From: Bacteroidota bacterium
GTDB taxonomy: Bacteria > Bacteroidota > Bacteroidia > Bacteroidales > UBA4417
Assembly: GCA_037142075.1 (NCBI GenBank)
Contig: JBAXBJ010000001.1
Span: 93,617 to 157,616 of the forward strand
Reading direction: 5' to 3'
DNA length: 64,000 bases
How positions within the stretch are numbered: the stretch's first letter is position 1; every line of letters starts with the position of its first letter. The translations under genes and the position numbers were made by a program. Positions 39,439 to 48,668 of this stretch are shown one piece after another. The notes under the pieces were generated by a model, which was not told the DNA's origin, did not search any database, and saw nothing but the letters and a program-made list of their open reading frames with translations.

Positions 39439-41271
39439 TTATCTGTTGAATTTACTTTTAATAATATTAAGAAAGGTTGAATTGCGAGCATCTGCATCGT
39501 TAACAACAGCATCAAAATCCATAATATACATGCCAACAGGTACTGCAACACGTGGATTTATTTTTAAAACGACTTCTTTAGGCTTGTAATAAACTTTTCC
39601 TTTGGAATAAAGCTGGTGGTACTCTGATTCTAAATGAAGTTCAAATTCATCATTAAATTCAACAATACCATAAAACCATATTTGTTGGATGTTTTGGTGA
39701 TAATATTGCATTAATTTTCTGGCTCTATTTTCCAATTGAATTTCAACAATTGAATTATTCTCATTGGTAAGTCCTTTTCTTTTGAGCTCAACAATTACTA
39801 CATCAACCTTTCTACCAGCATTCGGATTTCCTGAAAAAATCAAGGCAATATCTGGTCTATCACTATCATTTTCAGTAACTTCACCTTCAGTAATAACATC
39901 TATCACCGTTGTCATCTCTTCATCACTCAATACGGTATCATAAGTCATATATTTATCATCAAGCACCCACACGTTACTCAGATATAAATCATCCATTAGA
40001 TTACTACCTTTGAATTGTTCCTGCATAGGAATTATCAACTTATGAATGTCTGCCTCTAAATCATGTCTATCAATATCCTTCAGTTTTTTGATTATGATTT
40101 GTCTGAACAAAATATACTCTGTTAATGCTCTTGATGATAATTCTAATGTTTCTTTGTACTGTTCGTCAGTCAAATGAGTTGCTCCAAGAATGTCACGCTG
40201 AGCTTTAAAAAATCGTTCTTGAGCTTTTTTCAACACATCGCTCTGTGAAGCATATCCAATATTGTCTACATCAAAATATCCATTTAGATGTGGGAACTGA
40301 TTAATTAACCGTTGTTTACGCTCCTGATTTTGTTGTGAAATGCGGGGTAATTTATCATCAATAATATGAGCAATATTGTCACGAAATGATTTTTTTATTG
40401 TTTGCAGCTCTGCATCTGAAAGGGTTAGATTTTGACGTGCTGCATCCACTTTGCCATTAAATGAATTAGAATATAAAAGGAATACCATTTTGTGCCCAAC
40501 TGGCAAATTTTCAGGAGCAATAATGTCAATTTTATATGTTCTGTTATCAACAGATATTGCCGTAATAACAGAGCTTATCTCCATAGGTGCATCTTCAATA
40601 AGGTAATAAAGTTCCATTGTTTCAAATAATTCCAAAGCATTTACTATAGGAATCATCTGCATTTCTGGCATTTCATCTGTCGTTAACGTTTCAGTAGCTG
40701 AAGCACCATTTATTGTTGAAGAAATATTTATTTTGATATGTTGACCTTCCTTTTTAAGTTTATATAAACGAGCATAGAACTCAGTTAATACTTTGTTTTT
40801 CAAATAATTAGGAATAACATATGAGTATTGGGCTAATTTGGTTAAGGTATAGCCACTCATTGAGAATTTGCTGCCAGAATTTCGCTCAGTTTGATGTTTT
40901 GTAACAATTGAATCGCCATCGAAATCTTCGGAAAACTTTATATTTCTTTGATTAAATCCATTATAATAGCTTGATACTGAAACATTATCAAAATAGCACA
41001 GATAAACTAATCGTCCAAGTCCTTTATGAGATGATTCATCTACATCAAATAGGTTACTGAATTTAGCAAATCTATCATCTGTAAAACCTGCCCCATCATC
41101 TTCAATATTAATTGCAAGTGTCTCAGCCTGACTATAATCACGTGCAGATATATTTATACTAATATTCTTTGCTCCCGCATCTAATGCATTGGCTATAGCC
41201 TCGATATAAACCATTTCTAATGAAGAATTGGCGAAAAACATTTTGACTGCTTTGTTTAGCTTTACTCTCAT
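39439..41271 (-). CDS. GHKL (MORC/HATPase_c_3-like) ATPase fused to a PD-(D/E)XK nuclease-like domain
   Basis: EAIANALDA, IEDDGAGF, KGLGR; C-terminal RPDIALIF...VIVELKR. Confidence 0.8.
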   Translation of the reverse strand: MRVKLNKAVKMFFANSSLEMVYIEAIANALDAGAKNISINISARDYSQAETLAINIEDDGAGFTDDRFAKFSNLFDVDESSHKGLGRLVYLCYFDNVSVSSYYNGFNQRNIKFSEDFDGDSIVTKHQTERNSGSKFSMSGYTLTKLAQYSYVIPNYLKNKVLTEFYARLYKLKKEGQHIKINISSTINGASATETLTTDEMPEMQMIPIVNALELFETMELYYLIEDAPMEISSVITAISVDNRTYKIDIIAPENLPVGHKMVFLLYSNSFNGKVDAARQNLTLSDAELQTIKKSFRDNIAHIIDDKLPRISQQNQERKQRLINQFPHLNGYFDVDNIGYASQSDVLKKAQERFFKAQRDILGATHLTDEQYKETLELSSRALTEYILFRQIIIKKLKDIDRHDLEADIHKLIIPMQEQFKGSNLMDDLYLSNVWVLDDKYMTYDTVLSDEEMTTVIDVITEGEVTENDSDRPDIALIFSGNPNAGRKVDVVIVELKRKGLTNENNSIVEIQLENRARKLMQYYHQNIQQIWFYGIVEFNDEFELHLESEYHQLYSKGKVYYKPKEVVLKINPRVAVPVGMYIMDFDAVVNDADARNSTFLNIIKSKFNR

Positions 41272-41282
41272 AATGCACCGTT

Positions 41283-43112
41283 TTAATCTGCAATAATTAC
41301 TTTTAGCAAACCATCAGTTTCATTCTCAATATACTGAATATCATTTTTGATATCAACCAATGGGCGAAGTGTAATTGGCTTGTAGAAGTATTTGGTGAAG
41401 CTCAATTCGTACCCAACAATAGCTTTATCTGCATCAACGTGTGCATCTGGTGTATATGGGTACACCTCTTTTTGCAAAAAGGCATCAATACCACCTTCGT
41501 AAAGTAATGGAATCTGTTCAGTGTCGCTTAGCTTGGTATCCATTTTAGGCTTACCTTTTTTATCCGTAACAATTTCGTTATTCTCGTCACGTAACGGTTG
41601 CTCAACCTTTACTTCCCAATAACCAAATTCTTCGTTTGGGAATATCTTACAATACACGTTTTCTTCAAATGCCAAGTAGCTATCCATGATTAGTTTACGG
41701 TCGGCTTTTGATAACTTGCAACTCTTTTCGCCCAAATTCTTTCGAAGTGGAGTCTTAATAGAAGTAGCATCAATCAATTGTACTTTGCCTTTACGCTTTC
41801 CATCCTTTCGGTTGGTTACAATCCATAAAAATGTGGCTATGCCTGTATTGTAAAACATTTTTTCGGGTAATGCAATAATGGCTTCCAACATGTCCTTTTC
41901 AATAATGTATCGTCTTAGGTTGCTTTCGCCAGCACCTGCATTTCCAGTAAAAAGTGATGAACCATTATGCACTTCAACAATTCGGCTGCCAAATTCAGTA
42001 TTATGCTTCATCTTGCTCACGTTATTAGCCAGAAACAGCATTTGCGGGTCGCCAATATTGGGTATAAATGAGTATTCTTCTTGTCCACAATATTGCTTGA
42101 TAAAACGTCTGTCGGTTATCTCCTTTTTGTCTTTATAACCCCAGTTTTCCAAATCCTTCTTCCATGGTGTACCGAATGGTGGATTGGATATTTGAAAGTC
42201 AAAGGTTTTACCTGAGTGTCCGTCCTGTGATATGGTTGAACCAAAAGCAATATTTTTTGCTTCTTCACCTTCACCTTTAATCAGCAAGTCGGCTTTACAC
42301 GTAGCATATGTCTCAGGTTGAATTTCCTGACCATATATGTGTGTGTTTATTTTCTTGCCGTGTTTTAACGCAAGGTGTTTGATTCGTTCTTCGGATGCGG
42401 ATAAAATACCACCCGTTCCAGTTGCACCATCATAAAGTAAGTATGTGCTATCTAATATTTTATCAACTACTGGAATAAATGCCAAATCCGCCATCAAATC
42501 TACTATGTCACGAGGGGTGAAGTGCTCCCCAGCCTCAGTAACATTATTTTCTTCGTTGAATCTACGCAAGAGTTCTTCAAAAATAGTACCCATCGAATGA
42601 TTGTCCAGAGCTGGTAATTTAATGTTACCGTCTTCGTCTATTACTGGCAGGTTGCTCAGATTCACACGGGGGTCAACAAACTTTTCGATCAACATGCCCA
42701 GAATACCACCTTCGGATAGTTTGTTAATCTGGTTTCTAAGTTCAAACTTGGTGATAATATCCTGTACATTGTCACTAAAACCGTCCAAATAAGCGATAAA
42801 GTCAGCTTTCAAGGTCTGACGGTTAGTTCTGGCTTTTAACTGCTTTAAAACGAATGGAGATGCATTACAGAACGCCTGTCCAGCCACACTGCACAGTGCC
42901 TCTTCCTGATTGAGCACTGCCGATTCATCCAAACTTTTTTTCATTGCCAATACAGCATCTTTCGTTGGTTCAAGTACGGCATCCAACCGCCTAATTACCA
43001 TCATTGGTAATACAATTTTTCTGTAATCTCCTTTATTATAGGTGTTTACTAATACGTCATTCGCAATATTCCATATAAATGAAACCAATTGGCTGTGCAT
43101 TTCTTCACTCAT
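41283..43112 (-). CDS. hsdM: type I R-M methyltransferase subunit
   Basis: FIWNIAND, GEHFTPRD, YDGATGTGG, NPPF, MFYNTGI. Confidence 0.95.
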   Translation of the reverse strand: MSEEMHSQLVSFIWNIANDVLVNTYNKGDYRKIVLPMMVIRRLDAVLEPTKDAVLAMKKSLDESAVLNQEEALCSVAGQAFCNASPFVLKQLKARTNRQTLKADFIAYLDGFSDNVQDIITKFELRNQINKLSEGGILGMLIEKFVDPRVNLSNLPVIDEDGNIKLPALDNHSMGTIFEELLRRFNEENNVTEAGEHFTPRDIVDLMADLAFIPVVDKILDSTYLLYDGATGTGGILSASEERIKHLALKHGKKINTHIYGQEIQPETYATCKADLLIKGEGEEAKNIAFGSTISQDGHSGKTFDFQISNPPFGTPWKKDLENWGYKDKKEITDRRFIKQYCGQEEYSFIPNIGDPQMLFLANNVSKMKHNTEFGSRIVEVHNGSSLFTGNAGAGESNLRRYIIEKDMLEAIIALPEKMFYNTGIATFLWIVTNRKDGKRKGKVQLIDATSIKTPLRKNLGEKSCKLSKADRKLIMDSYLAFEENVYCKIFPNEEFGYWEVKVEQPLRDENNEIVTDKKGKPKMDTKLSDTEQIPLLYEGGIDAFLQKEVYPYTPDAHVDADKAIVGYELSFTKYFYKPITLRPLVDIKNDIQYIENETDGLLKVIIAD

Positions 43113-43459
43113 TCGCCTGATGTTATTTTATTATAAACTATTTGTAAATCATCGAAATTATTGATCCGATAGGTTTTGTTACCAACTTCAATATATCCTT
43201 TCACACTTTTATCTGCATCAAAATTATCGAACAGATCATATACTTCAACACCAAGAGCTTTGGCAATATTTTCTAATGAAGAAAGCGTAGGATTACCATT
43301 TGTAGATATCATTCTGGTAACTACTTCGGGGGATACATCCATTCGAACAGCAAGTTGCTTTAGCGTAATTCCCTGCTGCTTGCAAATATGCTTAACCCGT
43401 AACATTTCGATATCATTTAAAACCTTGACAAACTTATAGAAAACTAATATATAAATCAA
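43109..43459 (-). CDS. XRE-family HTH regulator (true start probably MLRVK)
   Basis: GITLKQLA.RM....GNPTLSSLENIAKALGV; overlaps the hsdM start. Confidence 0.85.
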   Translation of the reverse strand: MIYILVFYKFVKVLNDIEMLRVKHICKQQGITLKQLAVRMDVSPEVVTRMISTNGNPTLSSLENIAKALGVEVYDLFDNFDADKSVKGYIEVGNKTYRINNFDDLQIVYNKITSGE

Positions 43460-43537
43460 TAATTTTTAAATAATTGGTTTAAATATCAATTTTAATTTGG
43501 AAATAATTGATATATGAATTATTTTTGTTTACTATAA

Positions 43538-43882
43538 ATGACACATAAATCAACTATTATGGAAACGGCAAAATATATTTTTTTAATTCTGAGGAGCAAC
43601 CAAATGGTAATGTGGAGTTGGGGATTTTCAAATCCTATACCACTCACGAACAATGAAGGTTTAATCTTTGGTGTGGATGGCTATAAGCATAAAGGATTTG
43701 TAAAAGTAATTTACGATGAAGGAAAAGACTTATTTGTTGTCGTTTTATTAGATATCCAGAACAATGAATTACAACGAATTGACAATGTGTATTTCGATAG
43801 TCTTGTTGATGTAATTGACGAAGCCGTTGAACGTACTTCAGATTATGAAGTACGAGTTATATGTGATTATTGTCCAAATTAA
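43538..43882 (+). CDS. hypothetical protein
   Basis: AKYI..IL...MWSWG...GL.F.VDG.KHKG.VKV.YDEGKDLF. Confidence 0.7.
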   Translation: MTHKSTIMETAKYIFLILRSNQMVMWSWGFSNPIPLTNNEGLIFGVDGYKHKGFVKVIYDEGKDLFVVVLLDIQNNELQRIDNVYFDSLVDVIDEAVERTSDYEVRVICDYCPN

Positions 43883-44050
43883 TATTGAAACGATGAAATT
43901 TGATGTTGTATTATTTTTTAACTTTTGAGTGATCAGATTGGTGACTCTATCCTACATTTGTAACTTCATCCTGCAATCCTGATTTTATGTTCATATCCAA
44001 GTATTAATCACAAAATCGTAAACACCGCCAATCATGTTAGCTAAGAAGAT

Positions 44051-44097
44051 TTGAAGGGGGCAATATAAATCGGTGCAGATTTGTTAATTTAGTCGGC
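44051..44097. repeat. ~48-bp direct repeat (partner 45222-45270)
   Basis: TTGAAGGGGGCAATATAAA.CGGT.CAGATTT.TTAATTTAGTCGGC. Confidence 0.8.
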
Positions 44098-44117
44098 TAC
44101 CAAATGATATATATACC

Positions 44118-44582
44118 ATGAAAATCAAAATTGAGAAAAGCTCCTACTGGTTTCTTATTACTGCCCTGTGCAATTTAATTTATTCACCCATTGTTCATTT
44201 CTTCCTCAAAAACCCCAATATTGGCGAACGATTCAAAAGTATGAGTTTGACCTTCTATGTATCTTACCTATATGTTGCAATAGGACTAATTTGGCTTGTA
44301 TTTGGAGTGTTATACGTAATATCTGATAATGCACAATACTTCAAGTTTACACAAAAATCAAAACAACTACATTTCTTCCTGACAATAACATTTATCTTTT
44401 GCCTGATGCTCGTGCCGATTTTGGATACTTATTATCCAACTTCAGATGCCAACAGGAACAGCTGGTTTTCAGAGGTATTCGGATATATTTTACCTGTCGC
44501 AGTACTGGCATTTTTTGGAGGAATCGGTCTGTACATTACTAATCTATTGAAAGCCTTGTTCAGTTTAATTGCTAAAAAATAA
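44118..44582 (+). CDS. membrane protein (about 4 TM)
   Basis: 154-aa hydrophobic ORF. Confidence 0.65.
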   Translation: MKIKIEKSSYWFLITALCNLIYSPIVHFFLKNPNIGERFKSMSLTFYVSYLYVAIGLIWLVFGVLYVISDNAQYFKFTQKSKQLHFFLTITFIFCLMLVPILDTYYPTSDANRNSWFSEVFGYILPVAVLAFFGGIGLYITNLLKALFSLIAKK

Positions 44583-44660
44583 GTTACAGGTTTTAGAGTA
44601 TCGACCGCCAGTCGCACTTTCAAACAGATATTGCCACCAAACACCTGATAGCCTAAAAAT

Positions 44661-44954
44661 ATGTTCATATCCAACCTCACTCATTTTCTCGATGCTGATG
44701 GTAATATTGCACAAGAAATGTCAAAAATCGGGCGAGAAAGAGCCAGTTTCATAGCTATGATAGTCGATGAAGCCACCAAGCCCCCAACTGAAGAATATAT
44801 CGAGCTTAGGTGTATGAAGAAAAAGTGCGAAGGAACCATTGAAATAATGATTCTGGACGAAACCGAGGAAATAGAATATTGGTGCACCCATTGTGTTAAT
44901 AATAATGGCAGGGTTAGTGGCTGGCAGGGGACGAAATGGGATAATCGGAAGTAA
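44661..44954 (+). CDS. small Cys-containing hypothetical protein
   Basis: C.KKKCEG...WCTHC...G.VSGWQGTKWD. Confidence 0.7.
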   Translation: MFISNLTHFLDADGNIAQEMSKIGRERASFIAMIVDEATKPPTEEYIELRCMKKKCEGTIEIMILDETEEIEYWCTHCVNNNGRVSGWQGTKWDNRK

Positions 44955-45270
44955 CTTATGCTGATTTTTGATACTTGTATTATTGACAGTAATTCGCCAT
45001 TACCCAAATACAATATTTTCCAATTTCATAAAATTGAAATAGTTCAGGTTTGTAAGTTATCGCTCAGGCAACTTGCGTTGCAATTTCAATCGAATTAAGG
45101 ATATTTCTTACCGTCTATCCCCAAATGCTTTATTAAGTTCTTCAATATATAATTTAGGATTCCTCTATTAATTCTCGCTTTCATCTCAAATTTAAATACC
45201 TGATCTATTGGCAAAGAATAATTGAAGGGGGGCAATATAAAAACGGTACAGATTTATTAATTTAGTCGGC

Positions 45271-45501
45271 AGACATCTTAAAAGTATTCAAAAAGTAACC
45301 AGCAAATATTCCGAAAGTAACCAGAATACATTCTTTCAATAATATACCAACTAATTAATTAACTGATGTATGGATGTTTTAATGATTGATTGATGGTTTG
45401 CTGCTGGTTTTAAAAAGTAACCAGTAAAGTAACCAGCAAATTCATTATTATTCTTCATGCACTCTAAGCCATTCTTTACCAAAAGTTGTAAAAACAGACT
45501 G
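45271..45501. repeat. direct repeat copy B (partner 36329-36667), with only 2 units in place of the 11-unit array
   Basis: Includes the last codons of the AlbA_2 gene (FGKEWL.VHEE*). Confidence 0.85.
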
Positions 45502-45641
45502 TGGATTTTGCTGTACATAGATACAGGTTCTTCCCGTTCTTATCTCTAAATTCCCTGAAGAATAAAGTAACGAATTTCATTGCCGACATAGAAATTGTTT
45601 ACACTCTCTAAAAATCAATACTTCTATCTTTTAATAAAAAA

Positions 45642-46061
45642 TTATCGTATAATTTCTTTTTCTGCCCTTGCTTTACTAATGCAATCCAATGCTATTTTAT
45701 CAAAATTTCGATTATTAATAATATCCATAATTTTATCTTTAACCCCATATAATACTATGTCCTGAATGTGTAAAAATATGTTTGATTTATCATATTTATC
45801 ACCATGTACAAATTCATCTAAATCAACATTATCAAGCTCTGAAGTGCCATCTTTAATATCCACGTTTACTACCATAATATGGTTATATTTAAGTTCAACA
45901 TAAACATTTTTGTGATCTGATATATTTACACCATCAGATATTTGACCCGTGTCAGGATCAAGCATAAATAATATAAATTTATCCTCATTCGCTACAATTG
46001 TTCGAGCTACTACACCATAAAAATTGCTTTTTCTAATTTTCTTAGAACATTTGTTCTGCAT
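45642..46061 (-). CDS. hypothetical phage-like protein
   Basis: 139-aa ORF behind two AAACTT-N15/16-TATA(A/T) motifs. Confidence 0.6.
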   Translation of the reverse strand: MQNKCSKKIRKSNFYGVVARTIVANEDKFILFMLDPDTGQISDGVNISDHKNVYVELKYNHIMVVNVDIKDGTSELDNVDLDEFVHGDKYDKSNIFLHIQDIVLYGVKDKIMDIINNRNFDKIALDCISKARAEKEIIR

Positions 46062-46257
46062 AAGTATTAAGTTATTTTTTGAACTTAATATATTCCATAA
46101 ATAAATTTAAGTTTTAATTATTTCAAAAAGACGCTTATTATTAATAGAACTAAAATATTTTTTGCGCACATTATATTCAGAAAAAATAAAAAGTTTAATT
46201 TATTTTCAAATAATTAATATGAATCTAATTTAATACAATCCTTGATATTATTACCCG

Positions 46258-46314
46258 CAAAACCCTTATTAATATTGGGGTTTATGTAGGTTAAGTTATT
46301 TTCAAACAAAGCCA
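46258..46314. repeat. 57-bp direct repeat with internal palindrome (partner 48467-48523)
   Basis: CAAAACCCTTAT.AATATTGGGGTTTA...TTATTTTCAAACAAAGCCA. Confidence 0.85.
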
Positions 46315-46409
46315 TATATAAGTGTAACACAGAATTTTTAAATATTTTCATAAAAATCAGTTTTTGACTTTTTTTTAAATATATATAGATTAAAAATAAA
46401 TAATTTATT

Positions 46410-46610
46410 ATGAACAGCGACTATGAAAGGCAATCAAAGGAAATTAGAACCATTTACATAAACGGTGAACTTTTCCACAACTTTAGAATTGCAGCAGCAA
46501 TTGAAAGCAAAAAAGCATCCGTGAAAATTGAAGAACTGATTCAGTCATACATGAACAGTAGACCATCAATTCAGAAAATATTACTGAATCAGAAAAATAG
46601 TGAAAAATGA
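46410..46610 (+). CDS. small putative RHH-type DNA-binding protein
   Basis: RTIYINGELFHNFRIAAA...KIEELIQSY. Confidence 0.65.
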   Translation: MNSDYERQSKEIRTIYINGELFHNFRIAAAIESKKASVKIEELIQSYMNSRPSIQKILLNQKNSEK

Positions 46611-46659
46611 AGTGAAAGAATCGGGCAACTGATTAAAAAAATAAAAGAATGGAGGAATA

Positions 46660-46863
46660 ATGGCTTGGTTAGAAGATAACTGCGATTGGGATTTGTATGA
46701 GCAAGAAATTGCTGAAGGGATCAGAGAAATTGAAATTGATGACAGGATACCAGAAGACTTACATGATATCCCATATGATAATGGGTTTTCTTCCGAAGAG
46801 GATAAAGATTCGTTTTTAGAAAGCTTAAAATCGAACGATCTGGAAATGCTTGATCTGTTTTAG
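46660..46863 (+). CDS. small very acidic protein
   Basis: GGAGG ribosome-binding site; 23 D/E versus 4 K/R in 67 aa. Confidence 0.6.
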   Translation: MAWLEDNCDWDLYEQEIAEGIREIEIDDRIPEDLHDIPYDNGFSSEEDKDSFLESLKSNDLEMLDLF

Positions 46864-46888
46864 AAAATCAGGATTTGATATAACCTAA

Positions 46889-46916
46889 AAAAACCTCCAA
46901 TTTCTTGGAGGTTTTT
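46889..46916 (+). terminator. intrinsic terminator
   Basis: AAAAACCTCCAA-tttc-TTGGAGGTTTTT. Confidence 0.8.
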
Positions 46917-47314
46917 GCTTTTAGTAGCCATCTTTAGAATATTGTCATTTATAGTCAAATAATATAACAATATCGGTTTTTGCCTTCCACCAGATGCGGA
47001 TTTGGATTAGATACACAATTCACTGTTAGTCTCACCTTTTCATTATTGATTCCATTTGCTACTAAAAAAATGAAAGGGTAGTTATTCAAAGTTAAGATTA
47101 TTTTTTTAGAAAACCAATATTATTCAGAATTAAATATTGGTTTGGGTTTCTAATTATTATAGTTTAGAATAATAATAAAGTTTATTATTTCTTTTAAAAG
47201 ATTTAATATTTTTATGAAACACAGCAATGACAGGCTCTGTAGGCATTAATATTATTAAATTAATTCGGAAATAATAATCAAATATTAAAATCAATTAATT
47301 TATTAATTGTAAAA

Positions 47315-47797
47315 ATGGAAAAACAAGATAAACTTAACCTTAAAGTAGATATCGACTTGTCCGTCTCGAAAAAAATCGTTAACTTTAGTCTAAATAATAC
47401 GATGAATAATAATTATATTCACATTAAGGATGAAATCAATAAAATCCTCACCAGCAATAACTCACTTAAAGTTCGAATTGAAAAGTTAGCGCAAATGGGC
47501 TACGTGATAATAGCCAAGTCTGATGGGTATTGCTGGAACTATTCAACTGGTGATAGAAAATGGACACTTGTCGAAAGTTCCTATGAAGGTGCCGCTTTTT
47601 ACGCAATGTCACCGTATAGACTTTTAGACGATCTGGTGGAAGAGAATATGGAGTATTCATACTATTTTCAAATCAGTTCCACTATGGGTCGATTTCGCCA
47701 TGTAAAGTATACAAATTGCACATATTATGCTGTGGTTTCAGAAAAGGAGTTAAACCAACGACTGCGAAAAATGAAAATCAAGAAGATATTTAAATAA
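47315..47797 (+). CDS. hypothetical phage-like protein
   Basis: Ends RLRKMKIKKIFK. Confidence 0.65.
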   Translation: MEKQDKLNLKVDIDLSVSKKIVNFSLNNTMNNNYIHIKDEINKILTSNNSLKVRIEKLAQMGYVIIAKSDGYCWNYSTGDRKWTLVESSYEGAAFYAMSPYRLLDDLVEENMEYSYYFQISSTMGRFRHVKYTNCTYYAVVSEKELNQRLRKMKIKKIFK

Positions 47798-47853
47798 ATG
47801 TGGACGGCTTAATTCTAACTTTTACCTGTCATATTAATATGATAATTTTAAGT

Positions 47854-48294
47854 CTAAATAGAATTTAACCGCTCCAATTTCTTTCTTCTTTCCAAAGGAA
47901 GAATATAATCTTGATACTTATCATCAATTTCTTTAATATTGATTCGGTTAAAGGGATCGTACTTAACTGGATAGCCTATCCATTCAAATTGTTTTTCGTT
48001 TTCTTGAAAATAAAGAATATTATAATGTCGATCATCTTTTCTCTTACATTGAAATTCTTCAAACCTATAACCCTCTTTCACTCTCTGTATTATTTTTATA
48101 CCATCAATGTACTCATTCGTAGGGATATAATATCCATAAGAAGCATCACCAATAATAAACTCTGCGTCTAACTTTTGCATATAGAATTGAGCTTTAGACT
48201 TTTGCCCAACAATTTTATAAAATTCTATTCTCGACCATATATTTGATCCCCAAGTCCTTACAATAATTTCATCTTCATTAGCTTGCTTTTTCAT
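47854..48294 (-). CDS. hypothetical phage-like protein
   Basis: Ends LERRKKLERLNSI; AAACTT-N16-TATAA motif upstream. Confidence 0.7.
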   Translation of the reverse strand: MKKQANEDEIIVRTWGSNIWSRIEFYKIVGQKSKAQFYMQKLDAEFIIGDASYGYYIPTNEYIDGIKIIQRVKEGYRFEEFQCKRKDDRHYNILYFQENEKQFEWIGYPVKYDPFNRINIKEIDDKYQDYILPLERRKKLERLNSI

Positions 48295-48668
48295 GATTTG
48301 TGTTTTTAATAATTATAGAATGATAAATTATAAAAGTTTATTATTCGTATGAAATAAATCATGATGCCCGATAATAACTGGAATAGTACTCATTTATTAA
48401 ATTAAATCAGAAAGAATAAATAATAAATATTCCCATTTTTCATTTTTTTAATAATATTATTCCCATCAAAACCCTTATCAATATTGGGGTTTAGAAAGTT
48501 TAAATTATTTTCAAACAAAGCCACTATTTTTTTAATATATAGTTTGTAAGGATTTGTTTTTGGAGTTGGTGAAGTTGGTATGAGGGGATGGGTAAAAAGG
48601 GGTACTATTTTAAGAAATGGTGCCCCTTACTCTGGGCAAATACTTCTATAAAAAATCATCCAATATGT

